The translations under genes were made by a program, and so were the position numbers. Below the pieces are notes generated by a model. It was not told the DNA's origin and searched no databases. It saw only the letters and a list, made by a program, of their open reading frames with translations. A stretch of DNA of 64,000 bases from a virus. Location: positions 1 to 64,000 of the IMG/VR virus record IMGVR_UViG_3300017739_000004; one strand, written 5' to 3'. Position 1 is the stretch's first letter, and each line of letters starts with the position of its first letter. Shown piece after piece: positions 1 through 9,418 of this stretch.

Positions 1-1
1 A

Positions 2-547
2 GGATTTGATTACAGATCAAATTATTCAGATGCATTTGTCATAGGATGTAATGGTGCTTATAAAGAATCAATAGATGCATTAGTATGTACCGATGCTTAT
101 ATGCAACATCTGATTTATGAAACAGGATATTGTAAAGATCATTTATGCTTCTTTAGTGAATGGAATCCAATACCAGATTATGCAGTTGAAACAATAGCAG
201 CTTCTTTCAATAAACCAATTATACAAAATGAAAAAATTTATAGTACCAGTGCTCAGGTAGCAGGAAGTGATGATTATGTATATGTCACATGGGTACAAGA
301 AAATGACATGGTTCGTTCTATCAAAGAAAAGATAATGTCATCTGGTTCAAGAGCATTAGAATTAGCATGTAAGATGGACTTTGATGAAATTCTATTATTA
401 GGATTTGATGGAATGGGAGCACAAAATATTTACCAAAAAGATAAAGGGTATGAAAGATCAACACCTAGAGAAGAATGGGTGGAAGAACGTAGATTAATTA
501 TAGAGCAATATTCTCATATAAATATAATAGATTTACAAACTGGTTAA
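2..547 (+). CDS. 5'-truncated Maf/DUF115 (MptE-like, glycosyltransferase-like) protein
   Basis: Frame is open from base 2 (GFDYRSNYSDAFVIGCNGAY...LVCTD); motifs GCN..D and SSG.RAL.LA...DEILLLGFD. Confidence 0.5.
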   Translation, partial: GFDYRSNYSDAFVIGCNGAYKESIDALVCTDAYMQHLIYETGYCKDHLCFFSEWNPIPDYAVETIAASFNKPIIQNEKIYSTSAQVAGSDDYVYVTWVQENDMVRSIKEKIMSSGSRALELACKMDFDEILLLGFDGMGAQNIYQKDKGYERSTPREEWVEERRLIIEQYSHINIIDLQTG

Positions 548-548
548 T

Positions 549-624
549 GGGGCTGTAGCTCAGTTGGGAGAGCATCTGCTTTGCACGCAGGAGGTCGGAG
601 GTTCGACCCCTCTCAGCTCCACCA
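549..624 (+). tRNA. tRNA-Ala(TGC)
   Basis: GGGGCTG/CAGCTCC acceptor stem with G3:U70, anticodon loop TT-TGC-AC, GTTCGA T-loop, encoded CCA; TATAAATA late promoter at 517-524. Confidence 0.97.
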
Positions 625-636
625 AATGGAGAAAAA

Positions 637-1053
637 ATGTATAGATATAAAGTAGTAGTCACTAGAATCGTAGATGGAGATACAGTAGATGTTGACATCG
701 ATCTAGGTTTCGGTATGACTTATAAAAAGCAAAGAGTTAGAATGATGGGTATAGATACTCCTGAATCTAGGACTCGTGATTTAGAAGAAAAGTTTTATGG
801 TAAAGCAAGTAAAGCTAATTTAGTTAGAATATTAGATGGTAAAGATATAGAATTAGTATCACATGATAAAGGTAAGTTCGGAAGAATACTCGGTGAGTTA
901 TTTATTGGGTCATCTAAGTTTAGTGTTAACCAACAACAAATAGACGAGAATCATGCGGTACCATATTTTGGACAATCTAAAGACGACACAGAACAAGGTC
1001 ATCTTTGGAATAGAGCAGCACTAAATGAAAAAGGTATTATTTACGAAGGCTAA
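637..1053 (+). CDS. Thermonuclease (SNase-like)
   Basis: RIVDGDT, RMMGIDTPE and GKFGRILG motifs. Confidence 0.9.
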   Translation: MYRYKVVVTRIVDGDTVDVDIDLGFGMTYKKQRVRMMGIDTPESRTRDLEEKFYGKASKANLVRILDGKDIELVSHDKGKFGRILGELFIGSSKFSVNQQQIDENHAVPYFGQSKDDTEQGHLWNRAALNEKGIIYEG

Positions 1054-1061
1054 AAAAACAG

Positions 1062-1090
1062 TTTACATTTACTTAAAAATGTGTTATAAT
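1062..1090 (+). promoter_or_regulatory. sigma70-type promoter
   Basis: TTTACA-17bp-TATAAT with TGTG extended -10. Confidence 0.85.
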
Positions 1091-1112
1091 ATAAACTTAT
1101 TATGGAGAGATT

Positions 1113-1445
1113 ATGAAAGAATCATTGAGAGTACTACAAGAATGCGCAGAGCTTCAAGCTAAAAAATCACAAGATTATCAAAGTGACGAATCTACTGTCA
1201 CTCAAGCTATGCACTATCGTAGAGGTGTAGATACAATACACGATATTATTTTAGGCAAAGTTGTTCGTGCAACTTCTTTACTAGAATCTGGCAATGAACC
1301 TAACTTTGAATCACTAGAAGATACTTACAAAGATTTAATTAATTATTCGTCTTTTGCTGTATCTTATATTCGTGGTAAGATGGAAGGTCAAGACCCTAAC
1401 AGAAATATGTTCAACAAAAAGGTAAAGAATGTATCAAGTGAATAA
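1113..1445 (+). CDS. DUF1599/Nmad1-like nucleotide-modification-associated protein
   Basis: KK..DY N-terminus and ESLEDT..DLINY; overlaps the gp42-like gene. Confidence 0.7.
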   Translation: MKESLRVLQECAELQAKKSQDYQSDESTVTQAMHYRRGVDTIHDIILGKVVRATSLLESGNEPNFESLEDTYKDLINYSSFAVSYIRGKMEGQDPNRNMFNKKVKNVSSE

Positions 1446-2106
1446 TACTGCAGATATTGCAGAAGTATTTAAAAAACACCTAGCAGCAGAAAACTTTGTC
1501 ACAGATAAAACAGGTCAAAAGACTATAGAAATAATCGGTGCATCTTTTGTTGCTGATCAGCCAGCAATATTTGGTGAACCAAATGAAAGATATATTGAAC
1601 ATGAATTAATGTGGTATGATAGAAAGTCAACTAATGTTTATGATATATACGGTCATGAACAAGCACCAAAAGCTTGGTTATATTCTGCAAATAAACACGG
1701 TGAAATCAATTCTAATTATGGCCATCTAATTTATTCTGGTAAATACTTTAGACAATACGATAAAGTATTAAAAGAATTACTTACAAATCCAGACTCAAGA
1801 CGTGGCTCTATGATCTATCAAAGACCAAGTATATGGAAAGAATACAAAGAGAATGGCAAGAATGATTTTATTTGTACCAATGCTGTGACATATTATATTC
1901 GTGATAATATGCTTCATGCTACAGTTCAAATGCGAAGTAATGATGTAGTCTTTGGTTATAAGAATGATTATGCTTGGCAAAAAGTTGTTCAAGAAAGATT
2001 ATTAGAAGATTTATATTATAATGGTACACACATCGAATTAGGCCACATTTATTGGCAAGTTCAAAACTTACATGTATATGAGAGGCATTTTGATTTAGTA
2101 ATATGA
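1429..2106 (+). CDS. 42: dCMP hydroxymethylase (T4 gp42-like, thymidylate synthase fold)
   Basis: DFICTN catalytic Cys; MRSNDVVFGYKNDYAWQ closely matches T4 gp42 MRSNDVVFGFRNDYAWQ including the dCMP-specifying Asp; LHVYERHF. Confidence 0.9.
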   Translation: MYQVNNTADIAEVFKKHLAAENFVTDKTGQKTIEIIGASFVADQPAIFGEPNERYIEHELMWYDRKSTNVYDIYGHEQAPKAWLYSANKHGEINSNYGHLIYSGKYFRQYDKVLKELLTNPDSRRGSMIYQRPSIWKEYKENGKNDFICTNAVTYYIRDNMLHATVQMRSNDVVFGYKNDYAWQKVVQERLLEDLYYNGTHIELGHIYWQVQNLHVYERHFDLVI

Positions 2107-2264
2107 AGAAGATATGGACAACTTGGAAATACGCAGTAGGTAGTTTTTCAGATGAACAAACAGAAGAGTACGACAATATAGTTGCGATAGTGAGAACTTT
2201 CATTGTTGGAATTAATATTATATGTGCATTCTTTATTATGGCAAATATAGTACACAATTGGTAA
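2103..2264 (+). CDS. Small membrane protein (53 aa, not in ORF track)
   Basis: MKKIWTTWKYAVGSFSDEQT...; ATGA overlap with the upstream stop; hydrophobic C-terminal half. Confidence 0.7.
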   Translation: MKKIWTTWKYAVGSFSDEQTEEYDNIVAIVRTFIVGINIICAFFIMANIVHNW

Positions 2265-2265
2265 T

Positions 2266-2517
2266 ATGAAAAAAAGAGAAGAGGCTTTAGTAATTACCAT
2301 GGAAGAATGTGGTGAATTAATACAAGCTTGTAGTAAAGTAATCAGAACAAAAGAAGATACAAAATATGTAAGAAATCTGCAAGATGAAATTGGAGATGTG
2401 TTAACTATGATAGAGATATTAAAGATGAGTGGTTTTGTCACAGATAAACAAATAGAAGATCGTATGAAACATAAAAAAGAAAAGTTAATGAAATGGAGTT
2501 TATTGTTTAATGGATAA
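2266..2517 (+). CDS. MazG-like NTP pyrophosphohydrolase
   Basis: EECGEL...DEIGDV acidic motifs. Confidence 0.8.
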   Translation: MKKREEALVITMEECGELIQACSKVIRTKEDTKYVRNLQDEIGDVLTMIEILKMSGFVTDKQIEDRMKHKKEKLMKWSLLFNG

Positions 2518-2944
2518 ATGGGATAAAAGATGGTTAGATATTGCAGGGCTAGTAAGTTCTTGGTCTAAAGACCCAAGTACTAAAATTGCTGCTATAGCTG
2601 TAAAAGATAAAAGATTAGTTGCCACAGGGTATAATGGTTTTCCACGAGATATTGAAGATACAGACGAAAGATGGAATAACCGTGAAGAAAAGTATAAGTA
2701 TGTAGTACATGCAGAAATGAATTGTATCTATAATGCGAATTATCATAACCAATCACTGAAAGGTGCGACAATGTATATTGTTGGTTTACCGGTTTGCCAT
2801 GAATGTGCAAAGGGTATTATTCAGGCAGGAGTTTCAAGAGTAGTTGCAACATTTGATGGTGTTCCAATGAAATGGTCAAAAAGTAATGAGATAACAGAAA
2901 AAATGTTTAAGGAAGCAGGAGTGACATATGACAAAGTTCGATAA
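2510..2944 (+). CDS. cd: dCMP deaminase
   Basis: SKDPST, TGYNG, HAEMN and PVCHEC zinc motifs. Confidence 0.92.
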   Translation: MDKWDKRWLDIAGLVSSWSKDPSTKIAAIAVKDKRLVATGYNGFPRDIEDTDERWNNREEKYKYVVHAEMNCIYNANYHNQSLKGATMYIVGLPVCHECAKGIIQAGVSRVVATFDGVPMKWSKSNEITEKMFKEAGVTYDKVR

Positions 2945-3221
2945 AAAAGAATTAGAAAATAGTAAAAGAATATTTAAATCAGCTACACCTAAATACGATG
3001 TTAGCTGGTATATAAAATGGGTTGCATCATGCTTTGTATTAGCAGCTATGTCAATGAGAGGAATAGAAGGCTTCCAAATTTATGATTTGATTTTATCTTT
3101 ATGTGGTATTGCTGGTTGGCTAATCGTATCAGTATTGTGGAGAGATAGAGCACTTATTGTGTTGAATGGAGTAGGCTTAATATTTTTATTAAGAAATTTA
3201 TTTGTATACTTGACAACATAG
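2928..3221 (+). CDS. Small multi-TM membrane protein
   Basis: Three hydrophobic segments, WRDRALIVLN. Confidence 0.6.
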   Translation: MTKFDKKELENSKRIFKSATPKYDVSWYIKWVASCFVLAAMSMRGIEGFQIYDLILSLCGIAGWLIVSVLWRDRALIVLNGVGLIFLLRNLFVYLTT

Positions 3222-3238
3222 ATTTAATGTGTTATAAT
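3210..3238 (+). promoter_or_regulatory. sigma70-type promoter (near-leaderless transcript)
   Basis: TTGACA-17bp-TATAAT; ATG at 3246. Confidence 0.85.
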
Positions 3239-3245
3239 ATACGTT

Positions 3246-4616
3246 ATGATTGGTAAAAAAATTGCAATAGTTTTTGGCAAGGGTCTAGACGGCTGTGGTG
3301 TCGAAAAGTTTGGTTATGAATGGCAAAGATATGATCCAGAAAATATCGATGTCTTTGCATTAAAAGAAAGAGCCTTCAATCGTGGAGGTACTCACATATC
3401 TGATTATGTAGAATTCAAACCAGACGAGATGTCTACAATCGCAGAAAGATTAAACAATGATTATGATATTGTTATAATCAATTCATATCCGAGTCCGATG
3501 CACAATCAAAAAACCGTCACAAGTTTTTATCGTGATCTAATATTAAAAATAGAAAAACCAATTCTAGTAAGTATGATGCATGAGATTATACAATCTAACT
3601 ATGATCGTATTCCATTACAAGTTGCGATCTCAAATGCAGCAGATGTAGTATTTAATTTTTCTACACATACAAATTATGCAAAAGACATGGCAAGAATTCT
3701 TACTAATAAAAAATTAGGTGAGAGAATTGCTAGAATGAAATTACCATTGACACTAGATGATTTTCAGAAGTGGAGAATTACACACGATCAAAAGAAAAGA
3801 AGATGTATCTATGCAGGCCGTTGGTCATCTATGAAACAACCTAATGTGATAATAGAACTATGGGAAAGAGATAAAGACTTTCACTATGCATTACATGGTA
3901 TAGAAAAATCTATTGGTGCTAAGTTTGATGTTATTGACCCTTGTGATTATTTTAGAAAGTATACAGGTACATATAACTATGAATCAGAAAGATGCGAATG
4001 CTTTGGAGAGTTTGATTATAACCAAGGTATGACATTAATATCAGAATCTATGTTTGGTTATAGTGGATTTCATTTACCAAAGATGCCACATAATTATGGC
4101 GATAGATTTGAATATGCACAGATGGAAATAATTGCATGTGGTACAGTTCCGATATTTGATAAACATTATAGTGAACATAACAAAGCAATTGATGGTAGTT
4201 TATTTGCAGAACACGATATTGCAATATGGAATGACCGCAATAATTTAGACAAAACAATAGAAAAGATACATGAGGTTGCAGACGACCATACAACATACTA
4301 TCAATATAACGAAGATGGTTTAGAATTTTTACACCAAGAAGCTGAATCAAGTGTGGTTATACCTCACATGATAAGACATATCTGTATTATGGGTAAACAA
4401 GAAGATAAGTGGAATACACAGGACTTATTAAGAGAAGTTTATAAGACTGAAGAAGTATATGACGAGTTTAATTATTTACTAGATAATAAGATCACAGCTC
4501 TCGGTGTAAAAGAAATTGATAATGGTGATCTAAGTTATTTTGAAAAGAAGGCAAGATTAATACATAAGAACGTGAGTGAATTAAATACGCAATCATTGGA
4601 GGATTTTTTTGGATAG
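3246..4616 (+). CDS. agt: DNA alpha-glycosyltransferase (T4 Agt-like, GT-B)
   Basis: GKGLDGCGVEKF resembles T4 ARGLEGCGVTKF; IINSYP resembles IINSVP; FEYAQMEIIACGTVPIF resembles LEYTHLELGACGTIPVF. Confidence 0.85.
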   Translation: MIGKKIAIVFGKGLDGCGVEKFGYEWQRYDPENIDVFALKERAFNRGGTHISDYVEFKPDEMSTIAERLNNDYDIVIINSYPSPMHNQKTVTSFYRDLILKIEKPILVSMMHEIIQSNYDRIPLQVAISNAADVVFNFSTHTNYAKDMARILTNKKLGERIARMKLPLTLDDFQKWRITHDQKKRRCIYAGRWSSMKQPNVIIELWERDKDFHYALHGIEKSIGAKFDVIDPCDYFRKYTGTYNYESERCECFGEFDYNQGMTLISESMFGYSGFHLPKMPHNYGDRFEYAQMEIIACGTVPIFDKHYSEHNKAIDGSLFAEHDIAIWNDRNNLDKTIEKIHEVADDHTTYYQYNEDGLEFLHQEAESSVVIPHMIRHICIMGKQEDKWNTQDLLREVYKTEEVYDEFNYLLDNKITALGVKEIDNGDLSYFEKKARLIHKNVSELNTQSLEDFFG

Positions 4617-4965
4617 TATAGTAATCGATATAGACGATACAATCTTATTTACAAATCATCAATACAAAGATGCTAAACGTAAATATGGTGAAGCAAAACC
4701 AAATGATATAGTAATCAAAGGTATAAGAAAGCTTCATGCAAAAGGTTATAAGATTATATTACATACAGCCAGACGAATGTTAACCTTTGATGGTGATATT
4801 GAAAAGATTATAGCTGATGTCGGAGACATAACTACATCATGGTTAGAAAGACATGAGGTGCCCTACGATGAACTCGTTTGGGGTAAACCATATAGTTCAA
4901 CCTATTATGTCGACGATAAAGCAATGAATTTACAAGAGTTTAAAGAATGGACAAATTCAATTTAA
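4609..4965 (+). CDS. HAD-family sugar-phosphate phosphatase (capsule-biosynthesis type)
   Basis: DIDDT, LHTAR and GKP..YYVDDKA motifs. Confidence 0.85.
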   Translation: MDSIVIDIDDTILFTNHQYKDAKRKYGEAKPNDIVIKGIRKLHAKGYKIILHTARRMLTFDGDIEKIIADVGDITTSWLERHEVPYDELVWGKPYSSTYYVDDKAMNLQEFKEWTNSI

Positions 4966-6434
4966 TAATACCAGCTGCAGGAGCAGCCACGAGACTAAGA
5001 CCTCTATCCTCGAGCACGTCGAAGGTAATGGTACGTGTGAATGGTAAACCTTGCCTTGACTATATCATAGAGGCAGTCAATGGATCCGTTGACGAAGTAG
5101 TTGTTGTGGATGGCCAATTCACTGATATTCGCGAATATTGTAAAGTGAAACATCCGAAGGTAAGGTTCGCCAACCAACCATCATTAGATGGTCCAAGAGA
5201 TGCAATTAAGATTGGAATGGAAGCTTTAGAAGATAGTGGAAAGCCAGTTGTTGTATGGCTTGGTGATGCAATTATCTTAGAAAAAGGTATGCCATTAGGT
5301 CATGACTTTTTATTAACTAAAAGAGTTGAAGATCAATCAGCATGGTGTATGTGGGATGGTCGAAACTATTATAATAAACCAAAACAACCAGTAGAAAATT
5401 CTAATGCTCTAGTTGGTTTATATTCTTTTAGTGATGGTGTTGCAGCTTTAAATGCTTTTAGTAATACAGATGGTTATGATATATCAGATGCTCTTATTGA
5501 ATATGTTATAGATAAAGATACAACGTTTGCAGAATATATCACAGAAAAATGGTACGATATTGGTGACCTTCCAACATATTATAAAACATGTGCAGCATTA
5601 TTAAACACAAAAGCTCGTGCATTTAATAATTTAAATTTTGATTCTGATTTAGGTACAATCAGAAAATTACCAGACTATCATGACAAACATTCATTAACAA
5701 CATTAAGAGAAGAAAAAGAATGGTATGAACATCTTACTCCAGAGCAATCTATGTTTACACCTAGAATATTACCACATCCTGTTGATTTAATTATGTCATA
5801 CGAAAGTGGCACTTTACTTAGTGATCTTATGTTATACGACAATATACCTAATAGTCATTGGGATTATATTATGGATAGAATCTTTAATATTAAATTAAAA
5901 TATTTTAACAATAGAGTAGAAGATAAAGACATTATAGACAGTTTTGATGAATTATCTAAAAAGATGTGGTGTGATAAAACAGAAGAAAGAGTATGTAATG
6001 AAATGTATGATAGCCATGTCGGTGCTAATCTAATAAAAAGAGCTGAATGGATTTATAAAAGAACATCGCCCATATCTGGAATGCATGGTGATTTACATTT
6101 TGCAAATATATTATATAATCAACAAACAGATCAATTTAAATTTTTAGACCCACGTGGTAATTATGGTGGTTGCATTGGAACAATAGGCGACGATATTTAT
6201 GACTGGGCCAAATTAGCACACGATTGTTATTGGGGTTATAACTCAATTGTTGCTGATGTACCACAAAATAAATATGTTAAAGATTTATTTACACGTAAAC
6301 TAGATGAATATAATTTAGATAAAGATTTAATATTGTATGGTGGATTAGTATTATTAGGTACTTGTATACCATTGCATTATGAAGATGCAGATAGACAAAA
6401 AAGAATGATGGAGATTATTAGAAATGAAATATAG
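4947..6434 (+). CDS. Sugar nucleotidyltransferase fused to APH/choline-kinase-like kinase
   Basis: N-terminal IIPAAGAATRL..K, LGD and WYDIG; C-terminal HGDLHFANIL and FLDPRG. Confidence 0.85.
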   Translation: MDKFNLIIPAAGAATRLRPLSSSTSKVMVRVNGKPCLDYIIEAVNGSVDEVVVVDGQFTDIREYCKVKHPKVRFANQPSLDGPRDAIKIGMEALEDSGKPVVVWLGDAIILEKGMPLGHDFLLTKRVEDQSAWCMWDGRNYYNKPKQPVENSNALVGLYSFSDGVAALNAFSNTDGYDISDALIEYVIDKDTTFAEYITEKWYDIGDLPTYYKTCAALLNTKARAFNNLNFDSDLGTIRKLPDYHDKHSLTTLREEKEWYEHLTPEQSMFTPRILPHPVDLIMSYESGTLLSDLMLYDNIPNSHWDYIMDRIFNIKLKYFNNRVEDKDIIDSFDELSKKMWCDKTEERVCNEMYDSHVGANLIKRAEWIYKRTSPISGMHGDLHFANILYNQQTDQFKFLDPRGNYGGCIGTIGDDIYDWAKLAHDCYWGYNSIVADVPQNKYVKDLFTRKLDEYNLDKDLILYGGLVLLGTCIPLHYEDADRQKRMMEIIRNEI

Positions 6435-7674
6435 TTCAATTATACCACTGATCGGTGGAGAGAGTATAGCGGTAATGAATAAGTTAAATGGACAAATGCC
6501 AGAGGAAGTTTTATCTTACACTGGCTTTGTAGATAACGATAGTCATTACATTAATTATTTAAGAGATAAAGGGTGGGAAGGTAAATACACTTTATTAGAT
6601 GAAAAGTCAAACCATAAACCAAAGAAAGTAGATATCGTAAATACAGTTTGTCCTTGTGCAGGTCTATCATCACTATCACAACATACAGTTCGTAATGAAG
6701 GCCACAATGACTGGATGTTTGAATCAGCACATTATGTTTTAGGTAAGATACAACCAAGAGTGTTTTGGGGTGAGAACGCACCAAGACTAGCAATGGAACC
6801 CGGTAAAGAGGTTGTAGCTAAATTAAGAGATATTGGTAAAGAGTATGGATATACGTTTAGCATCTATAAAACTAAATCTTTAGTACAAGGATATAGCCAA
6901 ATTAGAGATAGAACATTTTACTTCTTTTGGAAAGGAGATCAAACACCTTTACTAGATTATATACACAGACCACATGAACTAATTGAAGATACTATTTCAA
7001 ATGTTGTAAACAAAAAAGACGACCCTATGAGCGTTGTTCCTAATCAGAAAAAACCATCAGACGATCCAGTTTACAAATATTTTTTAAATAAAACTGGTAT
7101 GACTCATGCTGAGTTTGTTGCAGCATTACCTGGACCTAATATGAATTTATTTGATTATATGGATTATATTGGAGGAGAGACTAAATGTGTCGGACCAAAT
7201 ACAGGTAAAACATATGCTGGTTGGCTAGAGGTATTAGAACATTTAAAAGGTAATGATGATGAACATTCTGCTAGATGGGCAAAGAGTATAGAAAGAATGG
7301 TTGCTAAACAAAAAGCTGGTGGTAGCGTTATGAGAAAGAGTACCACATTTCCAAAGGGACATATCGGAGCATTTGTTGGCCACTATCCATCTATGTTAAC
7401 ACATCCAGTAGAAGATAGATATTTAACTTATAGAGAAATGTTATCTATAATGTATCTGCCAGAAGATTTTGAATTATTACATCCAAAGAAATTTCAAAAT
7501 CATATATGCCAAAATGTACCAGTCAAAACTGCTGAAGATATGATGGAACAAGTTATAAAGTTCTGTAATAATAGATTAGATTTAATTGATACTGATTATA
7601 TTTTACAAGATAATAAAAGAAAGTGCCATGAATATGCAGAAAACAGTTTACAATTGGACCAGTTTATGGTATAA
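6424..7674 (+). CDS. C5-cytosine DNA methyltransferase-like protein
   Basis: PCAGLS (motif IV), GENAP (VI), QIRDR (VIII), RYLTYRE and QNVPV (IX/X); motif I degenerate (PLIGG). Confidence 0.8.
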   Translation: MKYSSIIPLIGGESIAVMNKLNGQMPEEVLSYTGFVDNDSHYINYLRDKGWEGKYTLLDEKSNHKPKKVDIVNTVCPCAGLSSLSQHTVRNEGHNDWMFESAHYVLGKIQPRVFWGENAPRLAMEPGKEVVAKLRDIGKEYGYTFSIYKTKSLVQGYSQIRDRTFYFFWKGDQTPLLDYIHRPHELIEDTISNVVNKKDDPMSVVPNQKKPSDDPVYKYFLNKTGMTHAEFVAALPGPNMNLFDYMDYIGGETKCVGPNTGKTYAGWLEVLEHLKGNDDEHSARWAKSIERMVAKQKAGGSVMRKSTTFPKGHIGAFVGHYPSMLTHPVEDRYLTYREMLSIMYLPEDFELLHPKKFQNHICQNVPVKTAEDMMEQVIKFCNNRLDLIDTDYILQDNKRKCHEYAENSLQLDQFMV

Positions 7675-7694
7675 TAGTAGACATAATATAAATA
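7647..7694 (+). promoter_or_regulatory. sigma70 promoter plus T4 late promoter
   Basis: TTTACA 7647, TATAAT 7670, TATAAATA 7687. Confidence 0.8.
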
Positions 7695-7708
7695 TAATAG
7701 GAGTGATT

Positions 7709-7969
7709 ATGCCAAGTGTTGATTTAAGACCAAGAAAAAGACATCCAAAAGATAAACGTCCAGCAAGACCAATGCCTTTTGATGTCGGATTAAGAAAATT
7801 TAGAAAATCCTGTGAGAAAGCAGGTATTGTTCAAGAGGTACGTAAAAGAGAATTTTACGAGAAGCCTACAGCAAAAAGAAAACGAAAAAAAGCCGAAGCA
7901 AGAGCTAGACATCTTAAAGCTTTAAGAATGGAACAAGCTTCAGGTTTTGCAATGAGGAGAAGTAGATAA
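7709..7969 (+). CDS. rpsU: Ribosomal protein bS21
   Basis: [38 protein letters not shown]; AGGAG RBS before ATG 7709. Confidence 0.92.
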   Translation: MPSVDLRPRKRHPKDKRPARPMPFDVGLRKFRKSCEKAGIVQEVRKREFYEKPTAKRKRKKAEARARHLKALRMEQASGFAMRRSR

Positions 7970-9021
7970 TGTCAATAATGGATAAATTGAAAAAGAATAG
8001 TAAAGTAAAAAGTACTGATATATTATCAGAATCTATATTATTCGGAGAGAAGGATATGATTCCTACAGATGTGCCTATGGTAAACGTTGCTTTATCAGGA
8101 GATATGGACGGAGGCTTGTCATCAGGTCTTACAGTATTGGCAGGGCCGTCTAAACATTTTAAGACAAGTTTTGCTTTACTTATGGGTTCAGCCTATATGA
8201 AGAAATATCCAGAAGCTGTTATGCTTTTCTATGATTCAGAATTTGGTTCTCCACAGAACTATTTTGAATCTTTTGGTATTGATACAGATAGGGTATTACA
8301 TACACCGATTCAAAACGTTGAGGAATTAAAATTTGACTTAGTTAGCCAATTAGAAAATATTGAAAGGGACGATAAAGTAATTATTGTAATCGATTCAATT
8401 GGTAACTTAGCATCTAAAAAAGAATTAGAAGATGCACTGAATGAAAAATCAGTTGCTGATATGACAAGAGCTAAAGCATTGAAGGGATTGTTCCGTATGG
8501 TCACTCCTTATCTCACTATGAGGAACGTCCCTTTACTTGCTGTCAACCACACCTATCAAGAAATAGGATTATTTCCTAAAGCAATTGTATCAGGTGGTAC
8601 AGGTATTTATTACTCAGCTGATAATATTTGGATTATTGGTAGGCGTCAACAGAAAAAAGGTACTGATGTCACAGGATATCACTTTATAGTTAATGTAGAG
8701 AAATCAAGGTTTGTAAAAGAGAAATCTAAAATACCAGTTGAAGTCACTTGGGAAGGCGGTATCGCATCCTATGGTGGAATACTAGATGTAGCTTTAGCCG
8801 GCGGCTATGTGACCAAACCAAATGTTGGTTGGTACGCAAGAGTTAACAAAGATACAGGTGAAATTGAAGATGGTAAAGTACGAGAAAAAGATACTAAGAC
8901 TAAAGAGTTTTGGGATCCAATCTTTGAAGAAACTGACTTTAAAGAATTTGTAAAATCTTATTATTCTATTGGTCATAAACCATTACTTGACATTGACTTA
9001 GACATAGTAATGGAGGAATAA
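7969..9021 (+). CDS. uvsX: UvsX RecA-like recombinase
   Basis: AGPSKHFKT Walker A, YDSEFG, IDSIGNLAS. Confidence 0.96.
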   Translation: MSIMDKLKKNSKVKSTDILSESILFGEKDMIPTDVPMVNVALSGDMDGGLSSGLTVLAGPSKHFKTSFALLMGSAYMKKYPEAVMLFYDSEFGSPQNYFESFGIDTDRVLHTPIQNVEELKFDLVSQLENIERDDKVIIVIDSIGNLASKKELEDALNEKSVADMTRAKALKGLFRMVTPYLTMRNVPLLAVNHTYQEIGLFPKAIVSGGTGIYYSADNIWIIGRRQQKKGTDVTGYHFIVNVEKSRFVKEKSKIPVEVTWEGGIASYGGILDVALAGGYVTKPNVGWYARVNKDTGEIEDGKVREKDTKTKEFWDPIFEETDFKEFVKSYYSIGHKPLLDIDLDIVMEE

Positions 9022-9097
9022 TGTTTAAAACAATTTATAAAGCCTTTCACAAATTTATGAAATCTGGAAGGATAAATAAAATTATTAAGATGATAAC

Positions 9098-9418
9098 ATG
9101 ATAACAGAATCTGATTATAAATTTGTAGAAAACCCATCACACCCACTTCATGGAGTGAGGTATACACAGGGTGCATATAAAGACGTGACTGTTATATATG
9201 GAACAGTGAAAATTAAAGAAAGTCCTGAGCTCGATATGGCGAGCTTAGGATTTACCTTTCAAATAATAGACCCTGCAGATTATACTGTAGACGAACTCCA
9301 AGAAAGTGAAGATTTTAAAAATTATATGGGTGCAGTATTACAACATATAATTGAAAATAATTTAGAGGATATGAAAATTGGAACAACTCCAGACACACAT
9401 ACTGAGCCATCTTCTTAA
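9098..9418 (+). CDS. Probable gp40-like head vertex assembly chaperone
   Basis: Position between uvsX and 41 as in T4; similar size. Confidence 0.45.
   Translation: MITESDYKFVENPSHPLHGVRYTQGAYKDVTVIYGTVKIKESPELDMASLGFTFQIIDPADYTVDELQESEDFKNYMGAVLQHIIENNLEDMKIGTTPDTHTEPSS

Noticed and set aside
498-698. Minus-strand 66-aa ORF
   Set aside because: Antisense reading of tRNA-Ala and the nuclease start.
1429-2106. Ordinary thymidylate synthase call
   Set aside because: It has the gp42-type KND (Asp) specificity residue and CTN active site rather than the TS PC(H) and Asn, and an Agt-like gene is nearby.
7586-7708. N-terminal extension of bS21 in the ORF track
   Set aside because: It overlaps the methyltransferase end and two promoters; the RBS supports ATG 7709.
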